Below are positions 46,023 through 54,894 of a stretch of 62,559 nucleotides of DNA, one piece after another (position 1 is the stretch's first letter; each line of letters begins with the position of its first letter). The translations under genes and the position numbers were made by a program. Under the pieces are notes generated by a model. It saw only the letters and a list, made by a program, of their open reading frames with translations, was not told the DNA's origin and did no database searches. Origin of the DNA: a virus (Duplodnaviria; Caudoviricetes). The DNA is taken from positions 1-62,559 of IMG/VR virus record IMGVR_UViG_3300021090_000020; one strand, written 5' to 3'.

Positions 46023-46339
46023 ATTGCCTTTGATGGCGAGGAAGGATTCGGCGAGCTTCATGCCGCCCGGCGCCGTCACCATGCGGGTGACGATATCGGC
46101 CTCGGCCTTGTGCCCGTTCGCCTTCTCGTCGAAGAACCACGCCACCGGCTTGCCGAGCGCCGTCGCGATCTGCACCATGCGCGAGGAGCCGATGCGGTTG
46201 GTGCCCTTCTCGTATTTTTGTACTTGCTGGAAGGTCAGCTTGAGTTGCAGGCCGAGCCATTCCTGCGACTTGCTCATTTCGAGACGGGCGAGACGCACGC
46301 GGGCGCCTACGGCCTTGTCGATCGGGTTGGGGATTTTCT

Positions 46340-46564
46340 TCATGACGCTACTCCACTGGTTGCGGGTTTCTTTGGGGGCCAATTACCTTCGTCTTTTGCG
46401 CGCTGCTTGGCGGCATCCACCATGTCGGCGAAGTTGTCGCGATAGCGGTCATAGGCGCCGTCGGCGGTTTTCTCGTAGGCTTCGTCCCATGTCGCGTCGG
46501 GATGATCGTTCATGTATTGCTCGACCAGTTCCTCGTGCGCGGCGATGTAGAGGTCTTTGCTCAT
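46340..46564 (-). CDS. small acidic protein
   Basis: 74 aa, ATGA-coupled on both sides. Confidence 0.65.
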   Translation of the reverse strand: MSKDLYIAAHEELVEQYMNDHPDATWDEAYEKTADGAYDRYRDNFADMVDAAKQRAKDEGNWPPKKPATSGVAS

Positions 46565-47748
46565 GATGCGGCTCTTGCTTTGGCTTCTTCCATGCCGCAG
46601 ACGCGCTCGACCATGCTGAATAGTTTTTCAAACAGCAGATTTTGCAGCGGGCGACTCTCGTCGGTCATGTTGTGATTTTTGTGCAGCCATTCCTCGTAAA
46701 GTGTGCTGGCGATGAAGCGCACGCCCATGTCGATCGTCGCCTTGGCGACTAGGATGCGGCTCGCGCGCACGGTGCCGTAGATGGACGCGCCGAGGCCTTC
46801 GACCACGGTAAAGTCTGCGCGATCGATATCGCACCCAAGCCGTGCGACCAGGGTGATAGCTTTCCCGATCTGTGCTTCCTCGAAGGCGTCGAGCAAAACC
46901 TCGGTGTAAGTCAGCCGCGCATCAGAGTGCGCTTCCCAAAGCCTGAGAGCCGACCGATTACAATGGGCGTTGTGGCGAAGCCGAAATGCTACGTCCATAA
47001 AGGCCAAGGTCGGCTTGCCTGCCGGCGAGTAGTCGAGGCCTGCCTCGAAGGTGCCCCGCGGTGCCATCAGTGCCAGTTCGATCAAATCCTCGTCCTGGCA
47101 CAGCGCAATGGCCCGCACCGCGTAGTGCGCGACGTACCACGGATATTTAACGGTCCGGTCCTCGGTCAATTCGAGCGGATCGGTGATGTTGTACGTCAGC
47201 ATCGCGTGCAGTTGATGCTTGTGCGCCTTCACGCCGCGATAGAAGGCGTCATGCGTTTCGCCCGCGTGGATTTCGCACTCGTCGGAGGCAAAGAGCGGCA
47301 CCGACTCGAGAAAGATGTTGCGCTTGTTGCGATGTGCCAGCGCGAGGGAATCGCCTTCGATCTCGAAGATTGTGCCCCATTTGCCTTCCGGCAGGCTGTC
47401 AGCGATCACGCCGCCCTCGTCGGTGCAGTTGCAGTGCAGTTCGCGGTAGGCCTGCCACGGCTCCCAATTACGGCCGAGCTGCGTGGTGAAGCCGAGCAGT
47501 TCGTCGCCCATCCTCACCCGCTGAAACTCCTCACCGCGGATTGTCTCAGCGGCGGCGGTAAACTCGATACGTTCGCCCGCGCGGATCAGCGTGACCTTGT
47601 GGCCGGTGCGCAGCAGCGTGGCGATTGAGAATTTCAGGCCGGTGCCAAAATAGCCGATGGGGTTATCGACGACCTTGACCGATACGCCCATCACGGCGAT
47701 GGCGTTGAGATCGATGGGCTCGTGGTTGCAGAAATAGACTGCGCTCAT
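46561..47748 (-). CDS. GHKL/HATPase-like protein
   Basis: IGYFGTGLK (G2-like), YRELHCNCTDE (N-box-like), C-terminal YEEWLH. Confidence 0.65.
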   Translation of the reverse strand: MSAVYFCNHEPIDLNAIAVMGVSVKVVDNPIGYFGTGLKFSIATLLRTGHKVTLIRAGERIEFTAAAETIRGEEFQRVRMGDELLGFTTQLGRNWEPWQAYRELHCNCTDEGGVIADSLPEGKWGTIFEIEGDSLALAHRNKRNIFLESVPLFASDECEIHAGETHDAFYRGVKAHKHQLHAMLTYNITDPLELTEDRTVKYPWYVAHYAVRAIALCQDEDLIELALMAPRGTFEAGLDYSPAGKPTLAFMDVAFRLRHNAHCNRSALRLWEAHSDARLTYTEVLLDAFEEAQIGKAITLVARLGCDIDRADFTVVEGLGASIYGTVRASRILVAKATIDMGVRFIASTLYEEWLHKNHNMTDESRPLQNLLFEKLFSMVERVCGMEEAKARAAS

Positions 47749-47969
47749 CGCCCGAACCCTCCCTGATCCCTCGGCAGTTCAAGATTGCGGGAAATCCACA
47801 GCACCAAGACAATCAGCAGCATGGCGAAGAAGATCGCGGTGAGCTTCACCAAGCCGATGGCGGAAAAGTCGATGTAAGACTCGCCCTGGTCGTACCAGCC
47901 CTTGAGAATGCCGAAGGCGGCGATGAGGGCGAGGTTGATGGTGGTGTAGCGGGCGAGGGTGGAGATCAT
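47745..47969 (-). CDS. small two-TM membrane protein
   Basis: Hydrophobic, coupled to neighbours. Confidence 0.55.
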   Translation of the reverse strand: MISTLARYTTINLALIAAFGILKGWYDQGESYIDFSAIGLVKLTAIFFAMLLIVLVLWISRNLELPRDQGGFGR

Positions 47970-48316
47970 GGCGCCGCTCCCGTTGCCTTGGCGATCCCGA
48001 CGCGCCACGAAGTACAAATCGGGCAATCAATTCGCGATGAGCCGGGGACCTGTCCGATCTGCGTCTCATCCTCCATCGTGTAGGCATTGCCCTTGCCGTC
48101 GCACGCATCGCAGTGCGCGGCTGCATCTTGCAGTTCCGTCAGCATGGCCGGCGCAGCGGCATACAACCGCGCATCTTCCATTCTGACCGCGCACGCGATC
48201 TGGCGGCTGCCCTGATAGATCGCATAGAGATCATTGCCCACGATGCTCGGCCTGTAAGTGAGCGGGCCGAGCGTGTGGCCAGTGTCGTGTTTTTGGCGGC
48301 GAGTGTTTTTTGCCAT
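47966..48316 (-). CDS. phage hypothetical protein
   Basis: HTLGP...ARLYAAAP.ML...IAKATG motif with inserted CxxC pairs. Confidence 0.65.
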   Translation of the reverse strand: MAKNTRRQKHDTGHTLGPLTYRPSIVGNDLYAIYQGSRQIACAVRMEDARLYAAAPAMLTELQDAAAHCDACDGKGNAYTMEDETQIGQVPGSSRIDCPICTSWRVGIAKATGAAP

Positions 48317-48415
48317 CGCGCCCTCACTGGCTCACGCAGACGTATTGCGAAGCCGTCATGCCGAGCGCGCGTGCGGCGCCAAGCGAAAGATCGAGACTGG
48401 CGAGACGATGTACCA

Positions 48416-48907
48416 TCATGACGCCCTCGCAAATTTGCCGAACATCTTTTCTGCGGCTGCTTTGTAAGCGGCATGGGCATCTTTTGGGTCTGTAAAGAAG
48501 CCTAGATGAACTTGCTTTCTATTTGGATTGATTTTTGCGGCCCACTTTGATTTCTGCTTGCTCCAAAAAACTCCTTTGTAGCCCGACGTATTATTTTTTT
48601 TCTTTTTTGAATTGAACCCATTTTCCGCGTTCGTTGCCGGCCTAAGATTGCTCCACCAGTTGTCATCACGATTAGTATTTTTGTGATCGATCTGTAGCGT
48701 GGGCCAATGCCCTGTCATCCACAAACATGCAAGCCGATGCGCACGGTAGCGAGAACCGTCTATTCCAATGAATCGGTAGCCGCTTGGCTTTACGTCTCCT
48801 GCAACCTCGCCAACTTTAGTTGTGCTACTGAGATATTTTTTCCAGATAAAAATGCCCGTTGCCGGGTCGTAATCTAGAACGTCCTTCAATCGGGCTTGTG
48901 TGATCAT
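48416..48907 (-). CDS. HNH endonuclease with AP2 domain
   Basis: LDYDPATG, AHRL...IDHKN..RDDN..SNLR, NTSGYKGV...HLGFF; low GC. Confidence 0.9.
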   Translation of the reverse strand: MITQARLKDVLDYDPATGIFIWKKYLSSTTKVGEVAGDVKPSGYRFIGIDGSRYRAHRLACLWMTGHWPTLQIDHKNTNRDDNWWSNLRPATNAENGFNSKKKKNNTSGYKGVFWSKQKSKWAAKINPNRKQVHLGFFTDPKDAHAAYKAAAEKMFGKFARAS

Positions 48908-49518
48908 CGGGCCACCGAGAGCACGCGCGGCCACGGCTCTTGCGTGGCGCGACCGTGAACAGCGAGATTCCAATGACCGTTGTCGGCATAGCCCCAGCGC
49001 GCGCCGCTGATGACGCCGCATTTGTCGGCGGCGGCATTGGCGACTGATCGCGGAATATGCGGCGAGGTCACATCGCGGCGCACCTGATTGATGTCGAGGG
49101 CGCGGCCGGAAGGATGCAGGCTGCCGCGCACGGTGCCGTTGCCGTAGCCGCGCATAGCCTTGATGCGCGCGCCAGCAGCCTCGACGTGATCGACCACGCA
49201 TTGCAACGCGGCGCGCGCGCCCGGAGATACCCGAACGGCAATGCCTCTACTGGATTTTACTGTAGTGCCTTTCGCGCCGAGCACTGGCCACGCCCGATGC
49301 CGGCGGGATGTGGCTCTCTCCCTGGTCACAGCCAGCGCGCCCATGCAGGTCACGCGGCCGTTGTTGTCGTAGGAGCAGGGCGCGGAGGTGACGTAGCCGC
49401 GTTCGCGCGCCTGCGCCGGCATCGACGCGAGCAGCAGAAGCGCGATGGCAAGTCCGGTGCCGGCGAGCATCGACAGGATTGCGGTGGTGGGATCTTCCGC
49501 GTCGTCGGGGTGTGTCAT
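48904..49518 (-). CDS. exported zinc peptidase, M15-like (peptidoglycan)
   Basis: Signal peptide (AQA); SLHPSGRALDI (SxHxxGxAxD) and DNGH. Confidence 0.7.
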   Translation of the reverse strand: MTHPDDAEDPTTAILSMLAGTGLAIALLLLASMPAQARERGYVTSAPCSYDNNGRVTCMGALAVTRERATSRRHRAWPVLGAKGTTVKSSRGIAVRVSPGARAALQCVVDHVEAAGARIKAMRGYGNGTVRGSLHPSGRALDINQVRRDVTSPHIPRSVANAAADKCGVISGARWGYADNGHWNLAVHGRATQEPWPRVLSVAR

Positions 49519-49523
49519 GGGGT

Positions 49524-49820
49524 TCACCGCACCACGACGCCTTTCGGCGCGCCCTTTTTGAGCCAGTCGCACCACGCTCTCAGCGCATCGCAGCCGGCAG
49601 ACTGATCGGGCGCTTCCGGCACCCCAGGCACCAGAAGCATGTCAGAACCCGGAATCTTGGTCGGGCGTCCGCGCACCTTGCGCGTGCGATAGCCGTGACG
49701 CGCGTGAACTTCGATGAAGTCGCGCAACGTCCTCGCTGGACCGCGCGCGATTGGCAGCGCGCCGTCAGGGACGGAGCGCGCGAAATCGATGTGACCTGAA
49801 GCGTAGCAATAAGCGTGCAT
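49524..49820 (-). CDS. conserved phage early protein
   Basis: AYCYASG.I.F...VPDGAL...ARHGY...LLVPGVPEA. Confidence 0.7.
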   Translation of the reverse strand: MHAYCYASGHIDFARSVPDGALPIARGPARTLRDFIEVHARHGYRTRKVRGRPTKIPGSDMLLVPGVPEAPDQSAGCDALRAWCDWLKKGAPKGVVVR

Positions 49821-50076
49821 GATGCTCACTCCGCTGTTGCTGTTGCCGGCGCATCGCGCCAGATCGCAATGCCGGCGCCATCGCTTTGCATCGACAGGCC
49901 GCAGGAACATTTCAGGGGATCGAGGCCGGGGTGCTCGTGTGCCTTGTGGCAGCTCGGGCATTCGAAATAGGCGACGACTGCTTCGACGCTCGGGCAGAAT
50001 TTTGATGGCTGGCGCCGCGTGCGGTAGATCGCCATCAGATCGACGCGCTCGGCGTGGGCGGGGATTGCGTTGTTGG

Positions 50077-50454
50077 TCATGACGCCCGCCCCCTCGCGTT
50101 TTCGGCGGCTACGATCTCGACGCGCTCCCGCATGCGCAGCGCCCATCGCTCCTCGAATTCCACGTCGGCTGCTGCACACGCCGCGCGCAGAGCGGGTGCC
50201 TCGGCGGCAACGCGGGCGCGAAAATCATCGCGCCATTGTTCGAGCAACGCGTCGACTGCCGCTGCACGCGCCGGATAGGTCGCGAGTTGCGCCGTGAGCC
50301 ATCGATGCGTGCGCCAGCGCTGCACATGGGCGTCGTGCTCCGACGGACCGAACATGAAGGCGAGGCAGTCGCTTGCCGATGAGAAGAGATACGCGCCGGC
50401 CGATGGCCACGCGGCGCCGCCGAATAGTGCGTGGGACCGGGAAAGATCAGCCAT
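50077..50454 (-). CDS. hypothetical protein
   Basis: 125 aa, coupled to neighbours. Confidence 0.5.
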   Translation of the reverse strand: MADLSRSHALFGGAAWPSAGAYLFSSASDCLAFMFGPSEHDAHVQRWRTHRWLTAQLATYPARAAAVDALLEQWRDDFRARVAAEAPALRAACAAADVEFEERWALRMRERVEIVAAENARGRAS

Positions 50455-50962
50455 AGACGATCTCCCCGAGCGCGACGTATTGGAGAAAAACGTCTTGGGT
50501 GATGTTGTCGTCGTTCTCGGCCATCATGTCCCCGAAGTGGTCGGGGGAGTTTTTGGCCATCAACGCGAGGCCCTTGGCGAAGTCGTCCTGATTGCAGCGG
50601 TGGCGTTTTAGGTTGCTGCCCTTCGCCTCTTTGCTCTCGTCGAGAATTTCGATGATCTCAACGGTGAACTGGCCGCCGAAAATCTTTTCCTGGTCGTACC
50701 AGTTGCCAAGCTCGTTGAGTTTCTTCTCCCAAGCGCCGCGCAGATAGACACCCGCGCACCAAGCGCGCGTCATGTGGTTGCCTTCGATGGCGCCAACCAT
50801 CATGTCGGCGATGCGGCGGGCCGGAACCTCAATCTCAATTTTGATGGATGGCGCCGGCAGCGTCGGGGCTTTGGGCGAAGATCGCAGCGCGGGTTGTGTG
50901 GACACGGGCAGCCCTCCAGAATCGCGAGAGGGCAGGTTTACACCAGCGATGTAAGCAGTCAA
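50447..50962 (-). CDS. first gene of the leftward early operon (true start probably internal)
   Basis: C-terminal 'D.FLQY...GEIVYG' phage motif. Confidence 0.6.
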   Translation of the reverse strand: MTAYIAGVNLPSRDSGGLPVSTQPALRSSPKAPTLPAPSIKIEIEVPARRIADMMVGAIEGNHMTRAWCAGVYLRGAWEKKLNELGNWYDQEKIFGGQFTVEIIEILDESKEAKGSNLKRHRCNQDDFAKGLALMAKNSPDHFGDMMAENDDNITQDVFLQYVALGEIVYG

Positions 50963-50985
50963 GCAATTTTACACTTAGAGTGTAA
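50938..50985. promoter_or_regulatory. OL operators and pL
   Basis: TTACAC-CAGCG-ATGTAA (50938) and TTACAC-TTAGA-GTGTAA (50969) flank a minus-strand TTGACT. Confidence 0.75.
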
Positions 50986-51134
50986 GGTGGTGCGGCGTAT
51001 GCGCGATCTATCAGCAGGACAGCCAAGAAAAGGTCAGCAAGGTTGACGTTGTATTTCTGTGGACGGTAACTCCCCGGCAAAGCTCCCTCGCCTCAGATAG
51101 CGGAAATAAAAAAGACAATCAGGGAGGGAAGCCA

Positions 51135-51323
51135 ATGGGCGACGTCACTCCCTTCAATCGGGGCGGGGGTGACGGGCCGCGCGATCCGCATGAGCTTTGG
51201 CTGCGGCGCCAAGCGCTCCAGATCGCCGCGCAATTGCCGGATAATATCGATGATGCGATGAGAATTGTGCGGTTGGTCGAATTGCTGCTGCGGACCTTCG
51301 TGAACCCGCAATCGCCGACCTAG
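51135..51323 (+). CDS. small protein convergent with the repressor
   Basis: SD GGGAGGG; 62 aa. Confidence 0.55.
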   Translation: MGDVTPFNRGGGDGPRDPHELWLRRQALQIAAQLPDNIDDAMRIVRLVELLLRTFVNPQSPT

Positions 51324-51640
51324 GCGCGCTTGGCGCCTTTCTGTTTTTCCAGCCGCTCCATCTCGATCGCCAGCTCATGCGGCAGACCGCGCAGATCGCC
51401 GAAGTAAATATAATCGAGGCTGACGCCCGTGCGCCGGCAGATCGCCATCGCGTTGTCCACGCCAATGCGCGAATCGCCGGTTAGGACATTGTTCCAGGCC
51501 GAAATCCCGATGCCGCAAAGGCGAGCAAAGGCGGAATCGCTGATCGGCCGCGCGTTCTTCTGCGCTGCGCTATAGGCCTGCTGGATCAGGCGCAAACGGT
51601 GCGCCATCGCCCGCCAATCGTGGTTTTTTGGAATAGTCAT
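51320..51640 (-). CDS. CI-like repressor (XRE HTH, no peptidase domain)
   Basis: FARLCGI..SAWNN...G..R...ICRRTGVSLDYIYFG; divergent from Cro. Confidence 0.8.
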   Translation of the reverse strand: MTIPKNHDWRAMAHRLRLIQQAYSAAQKNARPISDSAFARLCGIGISAWNNVLTGDSRIGVDNAMAICRRTGVSLDYIYFGDLRGLPHELAIEMERLEKQKGAKRA

Positions 51641-51696
51641 TGCGGCGGAAAGGCTTTCAAAATCCGCCCCTTGCCGCCATCTATGAGACACCAAAC

Positions 51697-51724
51697 TTGA
51701 CACCTTACACCTCAAGTGTAATTT
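51697..51724 (+). promoter_or_regulatory. pR and OR operator
   Basis: TTGACA at 51697, TAATTT at 51719; operator TTACAC-CTCAA-GTGTAA at 51705-51721. Confidence 0.75.
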
Positions 51725-51733
51725 CATCGGCCC

Positions 51734-51964
51734 ATGAAGATTCGGACCCTCTCAACGGTTGATGCAGTCATCGACGAAATCGGCTCCTTGCGCCTCCAGG
51801 AGATCACCGGGAAGCGAAGCGCCAACCTGACCAACTGGCGCGAACGCGGTCGTTTCCCTCCCACCACCTTCAAAGTCATGGAAGCCGAGTTGAAGCGACT
51901 GCATTGTCGCGCGCGCGGCTCGCTGTGGAGCCAGATAGAAGTCGTGAAGTCGCGCGCGGCTTAA
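51734..51964 (+). CDS. Cro-like protein
   Basis: 'TVDAVIDEIG...ITG...LTNWRERGRFP'. Confidence 0.75.
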   Translation: MKIRTLSTVDAVIDEIGSLRLQEITGKRSANLTNWRERGRFPPTTFKVMEAELKRLHCRARGSLWSQIEVVKSRAA

Positions 51965-52103
51965 GGAGGACATGAGGCGAGCCGCCGTTGTTTCCAGGCC
52001 CTCATCCGCTGCGATGAGGGTGATCCTGCGGTGGCGTAGGATTTTGCGGCGGCTCACCTGATGTTCATTGCGTTCGAGTGTGCGTGTCAGGAGTGCGTGA
52101 GTC

Positions 52104-52457
52104 TTGGAAAGTTTGTCCCGCGCTCGGGAAAAGTTGTCCCGCGTATCCATGACCGAGTTGCGTCGCCTTGTCGCCGCGGTGGCAGGTCCAAAGCAATGGA
52201 CCGACACCCGCGATAGCTGGCTGCACCGCGCGGCGCGGCGGGCCGGTCTTGGCGACCGCATGATGAAGCGGCTGTTTTACGCGGAGATCGACGACCCCGA
52301 CCATCCGGCGGTCGTCAAACTGATGGAAGCGGCGGCGCACTATGAAACCGAAAACCTCGCGGATCGCCTCGACGAGATGGCGCAGACCTTGCGCCGGCTT
52401 ATCGTGGTGCGGGGAAGGGCGGGCGAACCATGCCTGCCCTTGAGCAAGCCCCGGTAA
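52104..52457 (+). CDS. CII-position regulator
   Basis: 'RESW.RAARRAG'-type HTH segment; position after cro. Confidence 0.55.
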   Translation: MESLSRAREKLSRVSMTELRRLVAAVAGPKQWTDTRDSWLHRAARRAGLGDRMMKRLFYAEIDDPDHPAVVKLMEAAAHYETENLADRLDEMAQTLRRLIVVRGRAGEPCLPLSKPR

Positions 52458-52699
52458 GCACCACCGCATTCTCAACCCCGCGCGGCGCCTGGGTGATCTA
52501 CCGCGAGCGCCAGGATCATGTTTCCGGTGAGCGCTACGTCGCGCGCAAGTTCTACATCGGCAAGCTGTTCACCTTCGACGCCGATGAAGAATTACACGCC
52601 GACACCATCGAGGAAGCGCGCGCCTTGCTGCCGCCTGGGCTGATCAATGTCGGACGGCAGGATGGCGACGAGTTCGAAGTCATCGAGACGTGGTGCTAG
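52430..52699 (+). CDS. hypothetical protein
   Basis: 'TIEEARALLPPGL...D...IETW'. Confidence 0.6.
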   Translation: MPALEQAPVSTTAFSTPRGAWVIYRERQDHVSGERYVARKFYIGKLFTFDADEELHADTIEEARALLPPGLINVGRQDGDEFEVIETWC

Positions 52700-52702
52700 C
52701 CC

Positions 52703-53065
52703 ATGCTGACCAGACAAAACCTCGACGCCACCTTCGCCGTCCTGGTCGCGAAAGCCGTTGCCGGCGAGCGCTGCCCGCAACGCGGCCGGATCAACACCGA
52801 TGGCTTGAATTCGGCATGGGTGGTGGAACTTGCGCACGCCGGCCGCATCCGTATTGAGATTTCTGGCCAAAACTATCGCACTGTCGAAATCCTCAAAGGC
52901 CCACACAAGGGAAAAACAACTGCGCCCGATCCGCACCGCAGTAGGCCCTGGAAGATCATCGACCAAAACGGCACGCGCACACTGAGCGGCAGCGTGAGGT
53001 CTCCACCGAGAAAATTGCCGTCGGCGCCGCGGCTGCTGCCCTACGCCGGCAAGGAGAAATTATGA
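52703..53065 (+). CDS. hypothetical protein
   Basis: 120 aa, coupled to the replication gene. Confidence 0.6.
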   Translation: MLTRQNLDATFAVLVAKAVAGERCPQRGRINTDGLNSAWVVELAHAGRIRIEISGQNYRTVEILKGPHKGKTTAPDPHRSRPWKIIDQNGTRTLSGSVRSPPRKLPSAPRLLPYAGKEKL

Positions 53066-53988
53066 GTCGGCCTTGGATGCCACTTTACGTCGCGGACTAC
53101 CTTGGCGATACCCGCCATCTGACGGCGGCACAGCACGGTGCGTACCTGCTTTTGTTGATGCACTACTGGCAACACGGAGAACTGCCGGACGACGATCAGC
53201 AGCTTGCTCGCATAGCCAGCATGACTGACGATGAGTGGAGAGTAGCAAGACCTGTTGTTCGGGCGTTTTTTCAGGACGGGTGGTATAATAAACGGCTTGT
53301 TCGAGAGTTAGCCGAATCCGCTGCGGCTTACGAGAGACGCAGCGCGGCCGGTAAAAAACGTCACATAGCCAAACCCCCTCCACCCCAGCAATGTTCCAGC
53401 ATTGACCTAGCATTACATCAGCAATCACTACCACAAGAACAAGAAGTAGATGGTGGTGGTGGCGCGCGCGCGCGCGACCCCGTTGTTTCACGTGAAACCA
53501 GCCTGATCTCATCGGAGGCCATGGTGATAGCGGACGATCTCGCGGTGATCGCGGGTCACGATCCGCGATTTTTGCCGCCGGGTTTTGCCGGCGCGGCAAT
53601 GCGAGTTCAAGCTTGGCTCAATTACGGATGGACGCGCGAGGTGATGGTCGCCGCGGCGCGCGGAGCCATGTCGCGCAAGGCGGATGGTCCGCCGCAGACC
53701 GTGAACTATTTCGAAAAACCGATCAGCCGGATGGTCGCGCAGCAATCGGCGCCGATCGCAACTGTGGAGGAAAATCATGTCGCCCAATCTTCCGGCGTTC
53801 AGAGTGGAGCGGGCCGTCGAAACAATCAAAGCACTATCCTTGCCGGATTTACTGCAGCGCTCAGTGAGTGCTCTGGGTCACGCCTCGGTCCAGGGCCCGC
53901 CAAAAATCTGGAAGGGGATAGAATACCGGCAATCGCACATGGTCACAACGATCCCGCGCCAGTTCGCGCCGTCGCCGGAAGATCGTGA
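53062..53988 (+). CDS. replication initiator, DUF1376/YdaU family
   Basis: PWMPLYVADYLGDT.HL...HGAYLLLLMHYW..G.LPDDD..LARI. Confidence 0.88.
   Translation: MSRPWMPLYVADYLGDTRHLTAAQHGAYLLLLMHYWQHGELPDDDQQLARIASMTDDEWRVARPVVRAFFQDGWYNKRLVRELAESAAAYERRSAAGKKRHIAKPPPPQQCSSIDLALHQQSLPQEQEVDGGGGARARDPVVSRETSLISSEAMVIADDLAVIAGHDPRFLPPGFAGAAMRVQAWLNYGWTREVMVAAARGAMSRKADGPPQTVNYFEKPISRMVAQQSAPIATVEENHVAQSSGVQSGAGRRNNQSTILAGFTAALSECSGSRLGPGPAKNLEGDRIPAIAHGHNDPAPVRAVAGRS
53484..53499. promoter_or_regulatory. parS-like site
   Basis: TGTTTCACGTGAAACC, containing a perfect 14-bp palindrome. Confidence 0.65.
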
Positions 53989-54556
53989 GGCCATCGCGAA
54001 GCGGATAGCGGAGTTACGGCGTTGCGTCGCGCATTGCGACATCGATCAGTCCTGCGCATTGGTGGCGCAACTGCAACTGCAACTCGCGTCGAAAACCTTA
54101 ACCGACGAAGGCGCTAAGGCGCTGGCGAAGGGCTTTATCGCGGTGGTGGAAGACATACCTACTTTCGCCGTGGCCGAGGCCTGCCGGCGCTGGTTACGCG
54201 CCGAAACCGGGAAGATCGGCGATGGCAAAGACGCCTATGTCCCGCGCTTCGTATTCGCGCCGTCGCCGCCAGAACTTGCGATGGTGGCGCGGCCCATCGT
54301 GTTCGTGGCGACGGTGCAGATCAGCCAACTCAAGCGCTTGCTTGAAGCGAAGATTGTCGAGGATTTTCCGGAACGGCCGGAACTGGCGCACCTTGCTGGT
54401 AAAGCCGTTTCCGGCCTTGCCGCCAGCATGAAGGCGCCGATGACGGGTTACGCCGTCGAAGCTGATCTGCCTGCCGACGGCCAACACGCTTTGCGGGTCC
54501 AGGCCGACCTGACCGCACGCAAGGAACGTAATGCGATGCGCGAGCAGACAGCATGA
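53777..54556 (+). CDS. replication accessory protein (helicase-loader position)
   Basis: SD GGAGG; 'DIP.FAV.EAC..W...FAPSPPEL'. Confidence 0.65.
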   Translation: MSPNLPAFRVERAVETIKALSLPDLLQRSVSALGHASVQGPPKIWKGIEYRQSHMVTTIPRQFAPSPEDREAIAKRIAELRRCVAHCDIDQSCALVAQLQLQLASKTLTDEGAKALAKGFIAVVEDIPTFAVAEACRRWLRAETGKIGDGKDAYVPRFVFAPSPPELAMVARPIVFVATVQISQLKRLLEAKIVEDFPERPELAHLAGKAVSGLAASMKAPMTGYAVEADLPADGQHALRVQADLTARKERNAMREQTA

Positions 54557-54879
54557 CCGCTCGAGCATCACTCCAGACCGCGATCAAGGATCCCGACGCC
54601 GCCCAGGCCAAGAAGCTGCTGGCCGAGCTCGAGGAGGTGGTGCGCGACCTGGCGCCGCTGCTTATCGAGGCCCGAGTAAGGCTCGCGCACGTCTTTGGGG
54701 AGGGCCGTGAGTTGCAGGTGGCGCAGGCCATCTATCCCACGCCGGTGCGGATCGCCAGCACGCCACTGGGGCGCTCGTTCTTCCCGGATGCGTTCCGGTC
54801 GGTTGCCGCGCTGCGGCGCGCCGTGGACGACGCCAAGGTGATTGCCGCGCAGGTGCGGGAGCTTCCGGGGAAGGTTTGA
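54553..54879 (+). CDS. hypothetical protein
   Basis: 108 aa, ATGA-coupled. Confidence 0.55.
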   Translation: MTARASLQTAIKDPDAAQAKKLLAELEEVVRDLAPLLIEARVRLAHVFGEGRELQVAQAIYPTPVRIASTPLGRSFFPDAFRSVAALRRAVDDAKVIAAQVRELPGKV

Positions 54880-54894
54880 AGAGGGAATTCCTAC

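Larger units (their letters stand above)
45599..46343 (-). pseudogene. XRE-family regulator interrupted by an insertion cassette
   Basis: NPIDKAVGARVRLAR...SQ..LG...TFQQVQKYEKGTNRI; removing 45661-46030 restores ...AIKGNAGRHAVAEVAHALAQHG*. Confidence 0.85.
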
